The translations under genes and the position numbers were made by a program. The notes below the pieces were generated by a model, which had not been told where the DNA came from, searched no databases, and worked only from the letters and a program-made list of their open reading frames with translations. This document shows, piece by piece, positions 19,803 through 29,004 of a stretch of DNA of 64,000 nt. Position 1 is the first letter of the stretch. Every line of letters begins with the position of its first letter. The stretch is from sequence record ON190024.1; one strand, 5' to 3'.

Positions 19803-20165
19803 ATGCCAGAATACAAACCCGCTGAAACAATCAAAGACTCTGCCGGTCATGAATATCAGATCGGCGCGTATTATAAAGTTCGTTGCACTGACAATGGCCC
19901 ATTCGGTTACGGTGAAACTAAAATCGTCCCGATGACAGCAAATTTCGATTTTGCATATCACACAGTCGAAGAAGTTCACGGTGTGTTTGGTACAATTCGC
20001 AAGCCACCACCGAAACTAATCGAAGGTAGGGCATATATGTTCTACATGTGCGATTCTAACGAGCGTAGCGTGGGTATATGGGGCGGAATAGACAAAGGCT
20101 TTGTATGCGGTCCCGTTAATCTTAAAATGTCTCAAATCGACGCACAGACGCTCTCAGAGGTATAG
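19803..20165 (+). CDS. hypothetical protein
   Basis: ORF track. Confidence 0.7.
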   Translation: MPEYKPAETIKDSAGHEYQIGAYYKVRCTDNGPFGYGETKIVPMTANFDFAYHTVEEVHGVFGTIRKPPPKLIEGRAYMFYMCDSNERSVGIWGGIDKGFVCGPVNLKMSQIDAQTLSEV

Positions 20166-20345
20166 ATGAAATGTGAAATCTGCGGACACCCTGACGGGTA
20201 CAGTGACGGTGTAGGTATGATTCTGTGCAATGACTGCTACAGTTTAGCACGTCGACCATTGATTGGTTACACTGAAGAAAGTCAGCCAGTTATCGTGCCA
20301 CCGTCACTTGTAGACAAAATCAAAAAACTTTTCGAAAAGGGTTGA
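20166..20345 (+). CDS. small Zn-finger protein, 59 aa (below cutoff)
   Basis: MKCEICG...CNDC; its TGA stop lies inside the next -35 box. Confidence 0.65.
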   Translation: MKCEICGHPDGYSDGVGMILCNDCYSLARRPLIGYTEESQPVIVPPSLVDKIKKLFEKG

Positions 20346-20409
20346 CTACGGTCAACCCTTTCTTGTATTATAGCTTCATCGAAACAAAACACGAAAAGAG
20401 AACATTATG
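20335..20409 (+). promoter_or_regulatory. early promoter/terminator cassette
   Basis: AAAGGGTTGAC-tacg-GTCAACCCTTT, TATTAT, CATCGAAAC, GAGAACATTATG. Confidence 0.9.
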
Positions 20410-20697
20410 ATTACACTATCTACTAACAAAGAACAACTAGCTATCTTCTGCGTACTTGATTCAGCACTAAGTGCTCCAATCATGAACTTCGTTGAGACGA
20501 AGACAGTTCTAGACATGACTGTGTATCATCTTGTATTATCTCGCGAAGATGTTCTCGCACTAGCAAAAGCAGTTGAAGCAAGTGACTTTGTTCACGAAGA
20601 TGAGTTCGGTCTTATCTTTAACGAAACAATGTCAGAACTGCTTTTTGAAATCTACGAAGAAAACGACACAGAATCTGTTCACGGTATCGCACTATAA
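20407..20697 (+). CDS. hypothetical early protein
   Basis: leader ATG. Confidence 0.8.
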   Translation: MITLSTNKEQLAIFCVLDSALSAPIMNFVETKTVLDMTVYHLVLSREDVLALAKAVEASDFVHEDEFGLIFNETMSELLFEIYEENDTESVHGIAL

Positions 20698-20707
20698 GGA
20701 GCGCATT

Positions 20708-21160
20708 ATGATTTACCCATTATCACCTGTACTTTGGTCTTTTCAAGATGTTGAACGCGAAACTGGTCTTCGCATTTGGGAAGAAATGATCCCTAACGTA
20801 GAAGGTACTGGCATTCGTCTGTTTGCTGCGAAGTACAATCAATTTGTATTCGACGCTGTTCACCCTAGTGTACCGCTGTGCGACCACTTTAACGTACTGC
20901 CGCCTCTTGATGCGACAATCAACTTTCATAAAAATAGCTATACGATTGTTATCATCACTGAAGATTCATTCGATGTGCTTTTCTCAGAGCGTGCAAGCGA
21001 ACGTACAATTGCAGACGTTGAACGTATCATTAACGATGTCGCCGAGAGTTGGAACGAACATCGCCTTTGTACTCACGAGCAGCGTTATACAATCGAGTGG
21101 TGCAGTGCTATTCAAGACTACATCATTAATACAGTCACGTTTGAACGCAAGTGGGGATAA
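20708..21160 (+). CDS. hypothetical protein
   Basis: AGGAG RBS, start moved to 20708. Confidence 0.75.
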   Translation: MIYPLSPVLWSFQDVERETGLRIWEEMIPNVEGTGIRLFAAKYNQFVFDAVHPSVPLCDHFNVLPPLDATINFHKNSYTIVIITEDSFDVLFSERASERTIADVERIINDVAESWNEHRLCTHEQRYTIEWCSAIQDYIINTVTFERKWG

Positions 21161-21162
21161 TC

Positions 21163-21429
21163 ATGGAATATATGTCTTTCATTGCATTTGTTGGTTTTGT
21201 TGCATATGCAATATACATTCTTGTGAGAAAAGAACCTTGCAAGCACGACTGGATTACTATCAAAGACGATACGACAAAATCTCGCGGTGAAATATACGGT
21301 GAAATGACTGGAAAAGTTCCCTCGCCGCGCAACTCGTATCACATGGAAGAGCTTACAAAGCGCAAACGTATCATAATTTTAAGCTGCTGCAAGTGCGGTA
21401 AGCTAGACAAAACAGTGGAGAATATCTAA
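21163..21429 (+). CDS. membrane-anchored Cys-motif protein
   Basis: N-terminal TM, CKHDW ... CCKCGK. Confidence 0.7.
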   Translation: MEYMSFIAFVGFVAYAIYILVRKEPCKHDWITIKDDTTKSRGEIYGEMTGKVPSPRNSYHMEELTKRKRIIILSCCKCGKLDKTVENI

Positions 21430-21707
21430 TGCAGTACACACTTGATTTACTCAATGAAAAGCTTGAATCCCTCAAGTCAGAACAATTCGGTTGGGTTGTT
21501 GCATTACCTAAAAAAGAAGGTGATGACATTGCAACTGTTCAGAAAATCATTACTGACATTGCAGTTCAGATTACATCAATCGAGCACGATATTAAACTCA
21601 TCGAAGCATCACGAGGTCTAAATGCAAGAGTAGTTAAGCAAATCGTCGATGAACATTACCGCGAACACTACAAACTTGACGAAAACGACAACTTTATCGG
21701 AGATTAA
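21429..21707 (+). CDS. hypothetical coiled-coil protein
   Basis: ORF track. Confidence 0.7.
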   Translation: MQYTLDLLNEKLESLKSEQFGWVVALPKKEGDDIATVQKIITDIAVQITSIEHDIKLIEASRGLNARVVKQIVDEHYREHYKLDENDNFIGD

Positions 21708-21708
21708 C

Positions 21709-22533
21709 ATGGAAATTGAAATCGAGCGCAAATGGCTAGTCACTGCTGAACAGTATCGTGAATTCGTAAACTGGATGCATTATCGCGATAACGGCGCCAC
21801 TTCAATGAACATCTTTCAGCGTTATTTCAAGAAAGATGAGATCTCATTCGTCGATGGCTCGTTTTACATCAACAGTCGAGTGAAGGAAGGTCGCGGTTAT
21901 TTGATTAAAGCACCGAAAGACTGTCCTGATCTAACTGGCGTGAATCTACGCAAGCTAGGTGCGCGTATGCGACTAACCACGTCTGAAAACTTCATTGACA
22001 AGCTTGAATTCACAATCAAGATTCCACACGGTGACGGCATTGCCAAGCGTGAAATCAATATCCCACTTGAATCTGGTTATGCAGACTTGATCACAGATTC
22101 GATTGAGAAAGATGACAAGCTAAATCGCAATACAACCGAAGTCGTCCCGACGGGATTGATTAAAAAGGTTCGGTGGTCAGGTGAAGTTGACGACGTACAT
22201 TACGATGCTGACCGTTTCACGAATCGACCTTTTTACATAATCGAAGCTGAATTCAAAGATGAAGCTGAAGCTGAAGCATTCGTCTCACCTTTTGAGTTCA
22301 TTCGCGAGGTGACGGAAGACAAGCGATTCAGCAACAAGCGAATGGCATGGAATCACGATGCCGCCGACGGGTTGGCTAGTAATATTCGTCTTTATGTCGA
22401 GAAGCTTGAGAAAGAAGCGAATGCATTGCGAAGTGATACGCTAGTATCAATGCGTGAAAGCGTAACGAACGAAATCATGGCAGAACGTTACGAGAAAATT
22501 GCTCGTGACTTAAAACACATTGTAGGTGCGTAA
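21709..22533 (+). CDS. CYTH-domain protein (adenylate cyclase/triphosphatase-like)
   Basis: MEIEIERKWLV, REINIP, IKKVR, IIEAEF, EVTEDKRFSN. Confidence 0.85.
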   Translation: MEIEIERKWLVTAEQYREFVNWMHYRDNGATSMNIFQRYFKKDEISFVDGSFYINSRVKEGRGYLIKAPKDCPDLTGVNLRKLGARMRLTTSENFIDKLEFTIKIPHGDGIAKREINIPLESGYADLITDSIEKDDKLNRNTTEVVPTGLIKKVRWSGEVDDVHYDADRFTNRPFYIIEAEFKDEAEAEAFVSPFEFIREVTEDKRFSNKRMAWNHDAADGLASNIRLYVEKLEKEANALRSDTLVSMRESVTNEIMAERYEKIARDLKHIVGA

Positions 22534-23015
22534 TGAAAGTAATTGCAATTCACATTAACAACTTAACAACTGGTATGATGTGCGGGTCTCCACTCGCACA
22601 AGGTTCTTTCAATCTAATCGTTGATCGTCTACCTAGCGAAGCAGTGTATGAACGACACGGGAGATTTCTGATCAGCAACACAGACGGTGTTTGGCGTCAC
22701 TTTACAATCGGCGAACAAGGCGGTTTTGCAGGTCGTACGTTCAAACTACGCATGAAGGGTGGTACTGTATTCAAGAACAAAGGTTATCATTATGAAGAAT
22801 TCAAAGGTAATCTGTGGGATACTGCTGCTGGATTGCAAAAGTGTATGGAACTTGCTGGCGGTCCCTTGATGAGCGTTTCATTGCGTAGTTGTCGAGACAA
22901 TGGCTGTTTCATTGGTGGATATTACTTCAGTCAAGAAGAAATTCTCTTGAAGTTTAGCCACTTGATTCGTTTCGCACCTGCGACTCAAAACAGCGCGATT
23001 ACATTCGGTGAGTAA
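22533..23015 (+). CDS. hypothetical protein
   Basis: ORF track. Confidence 0.75.
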   Translation: MKVIAIHINNLTTGMMCGSPLAQGSFNLIVDRLPSEAVYERHGRFLISNTDGVWRHFTIGEQGGFAGRTFKLRMKGGTVFKNKGYHYEEFKGNLWDTAAGLQKCMELAGGPLMSVSLRSCRDNGCFIGGYYFSQEEILLKFSHLIRFAPATQNSAITFGE

Positions 23016-23546
23016 ATGAATAGTCATAGAGCAGAAATCATCGCGTTAAAGAAACGAGTTTCTAAGCTAGAAGAATTGGTGAAAACTCTCGTAAATCGTG
23101 ACGTTACACCCCGTAACGTTTTCGAAGATGAAGAAGACGAGCCCATTTCATTGCATCCCGTTGATGACACATTCGATATGTTCCGAATCAAGCGTGAGCT
23201 ATTGCAAGCAATGTCTCAACAATCTGTGCGTTATCTCGATATTACGTTCGAGAATTACCCTGACGTAGCTAGACACAAAGTGTATCAGAATCATCTAATG
23301 CAAGATGTCGGTATGTCAGATACCGACCGCAAGAAACTTGCAAAGACTCGTTACATGATTGCCGATGAAATGTCAGTAGGTGATGAGTTCGAATGTCCTG
23401 GATGTGGTGAGAAAGTCATTAAGAAATCTTACCAGCATCGTTTCTGTGGCGTGAAGAAACAAGGTCAGAGCAATTGCAAAGACTTTATAAACAATTGGTT
23501 TAACCCTAGTCGATTAGAACGCACACTTGAATGGCTTGAAAAATGA
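23016..23546 (+). CDS. hypothetical protein with C-terminal Zn finger
   Basis: CPGCG...FC...C. Confidence 0.75.
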   Translation: MNSHRAEIIALKKRVSKLEELVKTLVNRDVTPRNVFEDEEDEPISLHPVDDTFDMFRIKRELLQAMSQQSVRYLDITFENYPDVARHKVYQNHLMQDVGMSDTDRKKLAKTRYMIADEMSVGDEFECPGCGEKVIKKSYQHRFCGVKKQGQSNCKDFINNWFNPSRLERTLEWLEK

Positions 23547-23791
23547 AGACAAGAATAGTAAGATTCGAAGACGGCACGGGAAAATCACTGTATCGCATAC
23601 AGTTCAAGAATTGGTATTGGCCATTCTGGACATTTTACAAACGCATGAACAACGGTGGCGGTGAAGGCATTGTTGAGTTCGAGACTATTGAAGGTGCAAT
23701 TGGGTGTCTTCAAGGCGACGCTCAACGAGAATTACACCGTCATCGTGAGTTCAAAGAAGTTGTAGGAATTTATGATGATCAAATCCGTTAA
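23543..23791 (+). CDS. hypothetical protein
   Basis: ORF track. Confidence 0.7.
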   Translation: MKTRIVRFEDGTGKSLYRIQFKNWYWPFWTFYKRMNNGGGEGIVEFETIEGAIGCLQGDAQRELHRHREFKEVVGIYDDQIR

Positions 23792-24125
23792 AGCTTTATT
23801 CAGCAAACGCAAATGGAATGTGGTAGGTCGTTCTGAAAATCTCGATTTATGGACAGTGACTACCCGCAGATCACAAGTGAAATGTCGATTACTATTGAAA
23901 GAAGATCAGTACGGGAATCGTGATTATGAACTTGACATGCTCGACGACTCTCCCGTTAATTACAATAGTTCAATTCGCTATTGCATGATTGACCAAATCA
24001 TCCCGCGTGAATACATTCACAAGTTCTTGAAAGGTTGGTCCGTAGACAAAATCAACCGTATTTACGGGAAGACTGTCTTTACCATTGAGAAAACGCCATA
24101 CGAGTCTTTCAAAGACTGGCGTTAA
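23772..24125 (+). CDS. hypothetical protein
   Basis: ORF track; ends at terminator. Confidence 0.7.
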   Translation: MMIKSVKALFSKRKWNVVGRSENLDLWTVTTRRSQVKCRLLLKEDQYGNRDYELDMLDDSPVNYNSSIRYCMIDQIIPREYIHKFLKGWSVDKINRIYGKTVFTIEKTPYESFKDWR

Positions 24126-24126
24126 T

Positions 24127-24152
24127 AAAAGCCCCTTAATTGGGGCTTTTTT
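24127..24152 (+). terminator. intrinsic terminator (repeated sequence)
   Basis: AAAAGCCCCTTAATTGGGGCTTTTTT followed by AGGTCTGAAGAAAA as at 7050. Confidence 0.9.
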
Positions 24153-24172
24153 AGGTCTGAAGAAAATAATTG

Positions 24173-24249
24173 AAAAAAGTTATTGACGAGTGTTTAGAAT
24201 TTGCCTAATATGTGTCTATCGAAACGAAACAACGAAAGAGAAAATTATG
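24173..24249 (+). promoter_or_regulatory. early promoter
   Basis: TTGACG 24183-24188, 17 bp, TAATAT, ATCGAAACG, GAGAAAATTATG. Confidence 0.85.
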
Positions 24250-24576
24250 ACTACAATCACATTTACGAGCGACACGCACTTCAGTCACGCTTCTGTTTCT
24301 TCAAATGATCTAGTGACTAAGCTGTTCAAAGAGATTCTTCGCAAGAACAACATTAGCTATCGCAAATTGTACCGCGAGAAACGCACGTCAACGCATCGTA
24401 GCAACATTAGCGGCAAGAGCGTACGATTCGTCGGGATTAGTCATACAATCGCTGAGAAGCGCATACAAGACGTTATAAACGTGTTCAACGCTATCATGCC
24501 AGATACTTACGTTGTTGAGTACAACAAGCCATGGTGTCGTTATGCATGTGCATCATTTCAAATTTTTAAGAAGTAG
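24247..24576 (+). CDS. hypothetical basic early protein
   Basis: leader ATG 24247. Confidence 0.75.
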   Translation: MTTITFTSDTHFSHASVSSNDLVTKLFKEILRKNNISYRKLYREKRTSTHRSNISGKSVRFVGISHTIAEKRIQDVINVFNAIMPDTYVVEYNKPWCRYACASFQIFKK

Positions 24577-24579
24577 ATT

Positions 24580-24927
24580 ATGATTAAAAAAGACGTTAGT
24601 CGCCTCACGGTAGGCGACATCAATTACGACACTGATTGGACGAGTACTATCATCTTAGATGAAGGCGTCTACAAACTTTCAGGTGTTCAAAAAGACGGTG
24701 AGAAACTGCCTGACTTTGAGCACGAAGAACTTGAACACGTGATCGCGGTTGTTAATCAATCAATCGCTGATAGAACAAGCGGATCATTCATGCGACAGTT
24801 CAATCGTCACATTGTCATTGAATCGACAAACAGCTTGCTGCATGTTCGCTTAGGTTACGGTTCGTATGATAGTAAATCACCAATGCATTACTTGCACGAG
24901 ATTAAAATCGAGGTTAAAAATGACTAA
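24580..24927 (+). CDS. hypothetical protein
   Basis: ORF track. Confidence 0.7.
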   Translation: MIKKDVSRLTVGDINYDTDWTSTIILDEGVYKLSGVQKDGEKLPDFEHEELEHVIAVVNQSIADRTSGSFMRQFNRHIVIESTNSLLHVRLGYGSYDSKSPMHYLHEIKIEVKND

Positions 24928-25354
24928 AGGTTGGTCAGATTACGAGCTTGAAGGTCGCTCAAAACAAGAACCTGTTCGACACAAGATGCAAGATTCAGTC
25001 GATGAAATGTGTCGTATTATGCGAGACGAGCATGATCGTTTCAGCGTCTCAACTCACACGGTTGATTTCGACAATGGGATTGAGTTATGGCGCACCGATA
25101 TGACTTGCATTTGGACTGGTAGAACTACTCAAAAGGTATTCACATGGGAACAAGCAAAACAGCTACGTGATGCATATGACGACGGTATGCAGACTAAGAA
25201 GACTAAAGCACAAGAAGAAATCGAACGCAAATTCTTGCGCAAAAAACAACGTCCTCAAGAGCCAGTAGCTGAGAAAAACAGTGATCGTGGCATTGGCGTT
25301 GAAATGGTTGGTATTAAGAAGTCAGATAAACGCTGGTGGGAGTTTTGGAAATGA
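24920..25354 (+). CDS. hypothetical protein
   Basis: GAGG RBS, start moved to 24920; ends WWEFWK. Confidence 0.75.
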   Translation: MTKGWSDYELEGRSKQEPVRHKMQDSVDEMCRIMRDEHDRFSVSTHTVDFDNGIELWRTDMTCIWTGRTTQKVFTWEQAKQLRDAYDDGMQTKKTKAQEEIERKFLRKKQRPQEPVAEKNSDRGIGVEMVGIKKSDKRWWEFWK

Positions 25355-25815
25355 AATCACAAGAAGAATTTGCACGTCAAGCAATGCGCGTAAGAGCAGC
25401 CGTTGGCTTGTTTGATACAGACATTAGCTTTCAAGAAGCATTAAATGATGATTTGTCTCATCGTGGTCAGCGTGTCATGTCAGCGTTACCAGACAACATT
25501 CAGTTCATGTGGCAGAAACGCGACGAAATGAACGAAAAGATTTTAGCTGAAATCAGTTGCATCCAAAAGCGCATTGACAAAACTCTATGCGAAATCAACG
25601 ATCCGTTACATGCAATCGGAAAATACGTAGCGAAGAAATCAGGCAAGCCGTTTAAAGGCGGCGAAGATATTGTCAAAGTGACGGGTATTACAAGACACCC
25701 TCACGTCGATGGGTATGCGTTTACTTACAACTACTCAGAAGAAGACGGTACACTGGCACAATCATACATTCACACAGCTATGGTAATTATCAACTATTCT
25801 AGTTTGAAATTATGA
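25351..25815 (+). CDS. hypothetical protein
   Basis: ATGA overlap. Confidence 0.75.
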   Translation: MKSQEEFARQAMRVRAAVGLFDTDISFQEALNDDLSHRGQRVMSALPDNIQFMWQKRDEMNEKILAEISCIQKRIDKTLCEINDPLHAIGKYVAKKSGKPFKGGEDIVKVTGITRHPHVDGYAFTYNYSEEDGTLAQSYIHTAMVIINYSSLKL

Positions 25816-26282
25816 TCATTTATGAAAACGGGATCCCCGTCAAGACTCACGAACATCAACCAGAGAGTAAAACAATGTTAGAAAAAGTAAACGAATTTGT
25901 AAAAGCAAAGCCACTTGTATCACTTGCCCTTGCCGTTGCAATCGGTGTAATTGGTACTAAAGTGATTCAATCTGATCCACTTGCTGAAAAACCGCTATTG
26001 AAATACCGCGTCGTGTACGAATACAACAAAGATTACGGTCGTGATTGTGGTGATTTAGGCGACGGTTACTACTGGTACACGCAAGAACTCAACGAAGGCA
26101 TCATCTTCGATAACTGGAAGCCAAGTGGCTGGTGTTCAGAAACTGAATCAGGTGCGCGTGAGTTGGCAGAAAGCGCGATTAAAAAGCGCATCGAAACTGA
26201 AAACTCGAAAGCGCGTGTATATCAAGCATGGGCAACTAAGGAAGACTCGGTTCGTTTCGAGCCTCTAAAGGTGACTGAATGA
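25812..26282 (+). CDS. membrane-anchored hypothetical protein
   Basis: single TM near N-terminus. Confidence 0.7.
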   Translation: MIIYENGIPVKTHEHQPESKTMLEKVNEFVKAKPLVSLALAVAIGVIGTKVIQSDPLAEKPLLKYRVVYEYNKDYGRDCGDLGDGYYWYTQELNEGIIFDNWKPSGWCSETESGARELAESAIKKRIETENSKARVYQAWATKEDSVRFEPLKVTE

Positions 26283-26608
26283 TCTCATTAGGTACATTGA
26301 TTGCACTGTTCGCATTGCATTTCATTGCTGATTTCTTCGTACAAACTGAGCATCAAGCAATGAACAAGAGCAAAGACATATGGCCACTAGCTAGACACTG
26401 CCTAACATACGCACTGTGCTTCTTACCATTTGGTATTATGTTCGCAATCGTAACTGGTATACTGCATATGGTTGTCGATTACATGACATCGAGAATGACA
26501 AGCTCACTTTGGGCGAAAGGTGAAACTCGTAAGTTCTTTCAAGTCATCGGCTTCGATCAGTTCTTACATGCAGTTAGTTTGGTAACGATGTACGTTATTT
26601 TGAATTAA
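26279..26608 (+). CDS. DUF3307-family membrane protein
   Basis: HFIADFFVQT...NKSK, HCLTY, HMVVD, IGFDQFLH. Confidence 0.8.
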   Translation: MISLGTLIALFALHFIADFFVQTEHQAMNKSKDIWPLARHCLTYALCFLPFGIMFAIVTGILHMVVDYMTSRMTSSLWAKGETRKFFQVIGFDQFLHAVSLVTMYVILN

Positions 26609-26614
26609 TTGAAG

Positions 26615-26694
26615 AAAAGTGGTTGCTTTATGCAGCCACTTTCTGTATTATAGCTACATCAAATGACGAGTTAAACAAAAAAGAGAACATTATG
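26615..26694 (+). promoter_or_regulatory. early promoter/terminator cassette
   Basis: AAAGTGGTTGC-tttat-GCAGCCACTTT, TATTAT 26646-26651, AGCTACATC, GAGAACATTATG. Confidence 0.85.
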
Positions 26695-26940
26695 AAAATC
26701 AATCTTCGCAAACTTCTAATGTGGTGGGACGAAAACGAACAAGCTGCTGACGAGTTCACGAACTTCGTGCTTGAGTATGCAATGAAAGCTGGTAGTGACA
26801 ACTTCATTTCAGATTATGCAACTCACTTGCGTGATTCTGGCAAGTACACTGTACCAAATCTAGCTGATTTAGAATCTCTTCTTCGTCATGCGGGATTAAA
26901 ATCTGAGTTTGATGGTCGTCATACTCGAATTGTTTTATAA
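26692..26940 (+). CDS. hypothetical early protein
   Basis: leader ATG. Confidence 0.75.
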   Translation: MKINLRKLLMWWDENEQAADEFTNFVLEYAMKAGSDNFISDYATHLRDSGKYTVPNLADLESLLRHAGLKSEFDGRHTRIVL

Positions 26941-26949
26941 GAGGTCATC

Positions 26950-27369
26950 ATGTTAAAGAAAATCTGGCAAACATTATTTCCAGACCCTGAATGGAAAGTA
27001 GCAGCATACACAGCTCAGAAGTCGTTCGATGTATCTAGCTCTTGGTGTCACAAGGGGGTTATTAAGTGTCGTGCAGTTATTCTAGTAGACAAGCATGACC
27101 GCCGACAAGTTAGAGTCGTATTCGATGAGTACGATTATGGTCGTGAAATATCAGCGTACAATGAGAACTTAATTCGAAAAATCTTATCGAGTAATAGTCT
27201 GGCATTGATTCGAGGCTCGATGAGTACCAGAAAGTTGAATAGCTATGATGGATTTGATCTGTGCGAACACCACGAAGCATTCTACGATTGGGAAACGTTC
27301 AAGAATAACTTCATCTATGGTGAAGTTGATCTATGCGGGAACTTAATTGAGAAAAGCGAAGCGGAATAG
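26950..27369 (+). CDS. hypothetical protein (TAG stop; possible in-frame extension to 27453)
   Basis: GAGG RBS; see findings. Confidence 0.75.
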   Translation: MLKKIWQTLFPDPEWKVAAYTAQKSFDVSSSWCHKGVIKCRAVILVDKHDRRQVRVVFDEYDYGREISAYNENLIRKILSSNSLALIRGSMSTRKLNSYDGFDLCEHHEAFYDWETFKNNFIYGEVDLCGNLIEKSEAE

Positions 27370-27399
27370 CCAACTGAGGCGGAAAAATTCCGCATCATC

Positions 27400-27448
27400 T
27401 TAGTAGAATTAGTGGTTTTAGTGAAGTTAGTAATATTAGGAGTATTAG
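27400..27448 (+). repeat. six TTAG motifs at exact 9-bp period
   Basis: TTAG at 27400, 27409, 27418, 27427, 27436, 27445. Confidence 0.85.
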
Positions 27449-27449
27449 A

Positions 27450-28145
27450 ATGAAGAAGCTCGTACTTGTAGCTGCTGCGGCTGTAGCTCTTGTTGGATGT
27501 GGTGATTTGCCACGTCTGGAAACTAAGACAGACAAGAAATTCACCACGGTTAATGCCGTTGTGAACAAAAAAGAGCGTGAAATGATTAACTACTGGATGG
27601 CAGATGCTGACGGTAGTAACTATCTTTACAACAAGCTTTGGACTGCACTTGCTACTCGTAACAAATACGGTTCTAATGCTGTGCGTCGTTCAGATGATGA
27701 AGTCCCGTTCTGTGATGTTATTGTAGCCCTTGCTAAATCTGAAGAAGGTATTCGAAGCACGTACGAGCGCACATTTAACAATCAGTGGCGAACTCAATAC
27801 GGCATTAGTCTTAATCAGCAATGTGGCTATACTCCACCAGAAACACTCGAAGAGCAAGCAGAGCGCATTGAGCAACTTGAAATGCAAGCTGATTTGAAAA
27901 AGCGTGAGCAACAAGCACAGAGTATTGAAACTCTTGATGACGTTGCCGACGCGACGACTGAGCTACTTGATCCGCATGAGTACGACTATCTAATCGAATC
28001 GGCACGCGAGTGTAATCGAGCCAAAACCAAATTGCTTGAACTAACGCAAGCAGGCAAACCTCTGACACAAGCTGACGGCTCAGATGCACGTAAGCTAATT
28101 ATCGAATGCAAAATGCATAAACTTGAAGTTGAATTGAATAAGTGA
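27450..28145 (+). CDS. lipoprotein, paralogue of 39992..40711
   Basis: signal peptide with LVGC lipobox; shared EVPFCDVI, CNRAK, KLEVELNK. Confidence 0.8.
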   Translation: MKKLVLVAAAAVALVGCGDLPRLETKTDKKFTTVNAVVNKKEREMINYWMADADGSNYLYNKLWTALATRNKYGSNAVRRSDDEVPFCDVIVALAKSEEGIRSTYERTFNNQWRTQYGISLNQQCGYTPPETLEEQAERIEQLEMQADLKKREQQAQSIETLDDVADATTELLDPHEYDYLIESARECNRAKTKLLELTQAGKPLTQADGSDARKLIIECKMHKLEVELNK

Positions 28146-28152
28146 GAAAAGC

Positions 28153-28935
28153 ATGTTGAGAACAAATATTGCAATTGAAGAACTGAAAATCCGAATGCAT
28201 CCGTTCGATCAAGTTGCGAACGCAAACAACGACGATAGCTCAGTTCGCGACTGGCGCCAAATCCCTGACGTTGCTAATGACAATATCTTGAAGAACTCGG
28301 TTCTACCGTCGTGGGTAATTCGAGAGTTTCACTGGCGTGATATTTCATTCAATCAACCATCAATGAGTGATCTGCCCGTTGAGTACAAAACAGAAGCAGG
28401 TGAAATCGGTAAATGTCAATCGCATTATCTCGGTGAACTTGATAATTGCAAGTTCTGGCGCCCTGATATTGTATCTTTGAATGCTCAATTCATTGATTCA
28501 AAAGACGTTGATAAAGCACTTGCAGAATTGCAAGCCGTTGATGTGTTTGACGCTTCACAAGGATTCGCTGACGGTCGACCTGACCCGGTTAGTCACAATG
28601 AACACGGTATAACCGATGATGAGCTTGAAGCTGCAATCGTCGAAGCTGAAATGGCAGCGGCTGTAGATGCTTTAAAAGTTGAGTCGCAATCGTTGTTCGA
28701 TCCAGATCATGTTTATTACATGAATGAAAAGTATTATATTATCGGTGACGACCCGTTTGACGAAAATTACTGCTATGCGTTGAATGCTGCAAAATACCCA
28801 CAGCGTATTGCAAAATCTCAACTCGTAACCGATGAGCAATACAAAGAAGCTGAAGTTTTGAAGAGTCAGTTCCCACAGATGTGGACTGCTCAAGATTACG
28901 CAAAGCTTGCTAAGTTCATTCGCAGCAAAAAGTAG
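28153..28935 (+). CDS. hypothetical protein
   Basis: 260-aa ORF. Confidence 0.75.
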   Translation: MLRTNIAIEELKIRMHPFDQVANANNDDSSVRDWRQIPDVANDNILKNSVLPSWVIREFHWRDISFNQPSMSDLPVEYKTEAGEIGKCQSHYLGELDNCKFWRPDIVSLNAQFIDSKDVDKALAELQAVDVFDASQGFADGRPDPVSHNEHGITDDELEAAIVEAEMAAAVDALKVESQSLFDPDHVYYMNEKYYIIGDDPFDENYCYALNAAKYPQRIAKSQLVTDEQYKEAEVLKSQFPQMWTAQDYAKLAKFIRSKK

Positions 28936-28964
28936 TTTCCGATGCGGGTTGTTACGACATCCCG

Positions 28965-28972
28965 CATAAATA
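28965..28972 (+). promoter_or_regulatory. T4-type late promoter
   Basis: CATAAATA, same as the element upstream of the tail-fibre gene (62447-62454, minus strand). Confidence 0.7.
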
Positions 28973-29004
28973 GTTCTATATGGACTAACAAGGAAATTAC
29001 GACA

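Noticed and set aside
23772-27369. Possible paralogy of 23772..24125 and 26950..27369
   Set aside because: Similarity is limited to a loose LF..W.V ... KCR pattern, too weak to assert without alignment statistics.
26950-27453. Genome-wide amber (TAG) reassignment
   Set aside because: TAG ends several genes that are immediately followed by new starts (for example 2361, 16195, 19800), and long genes contain no internal TAG.
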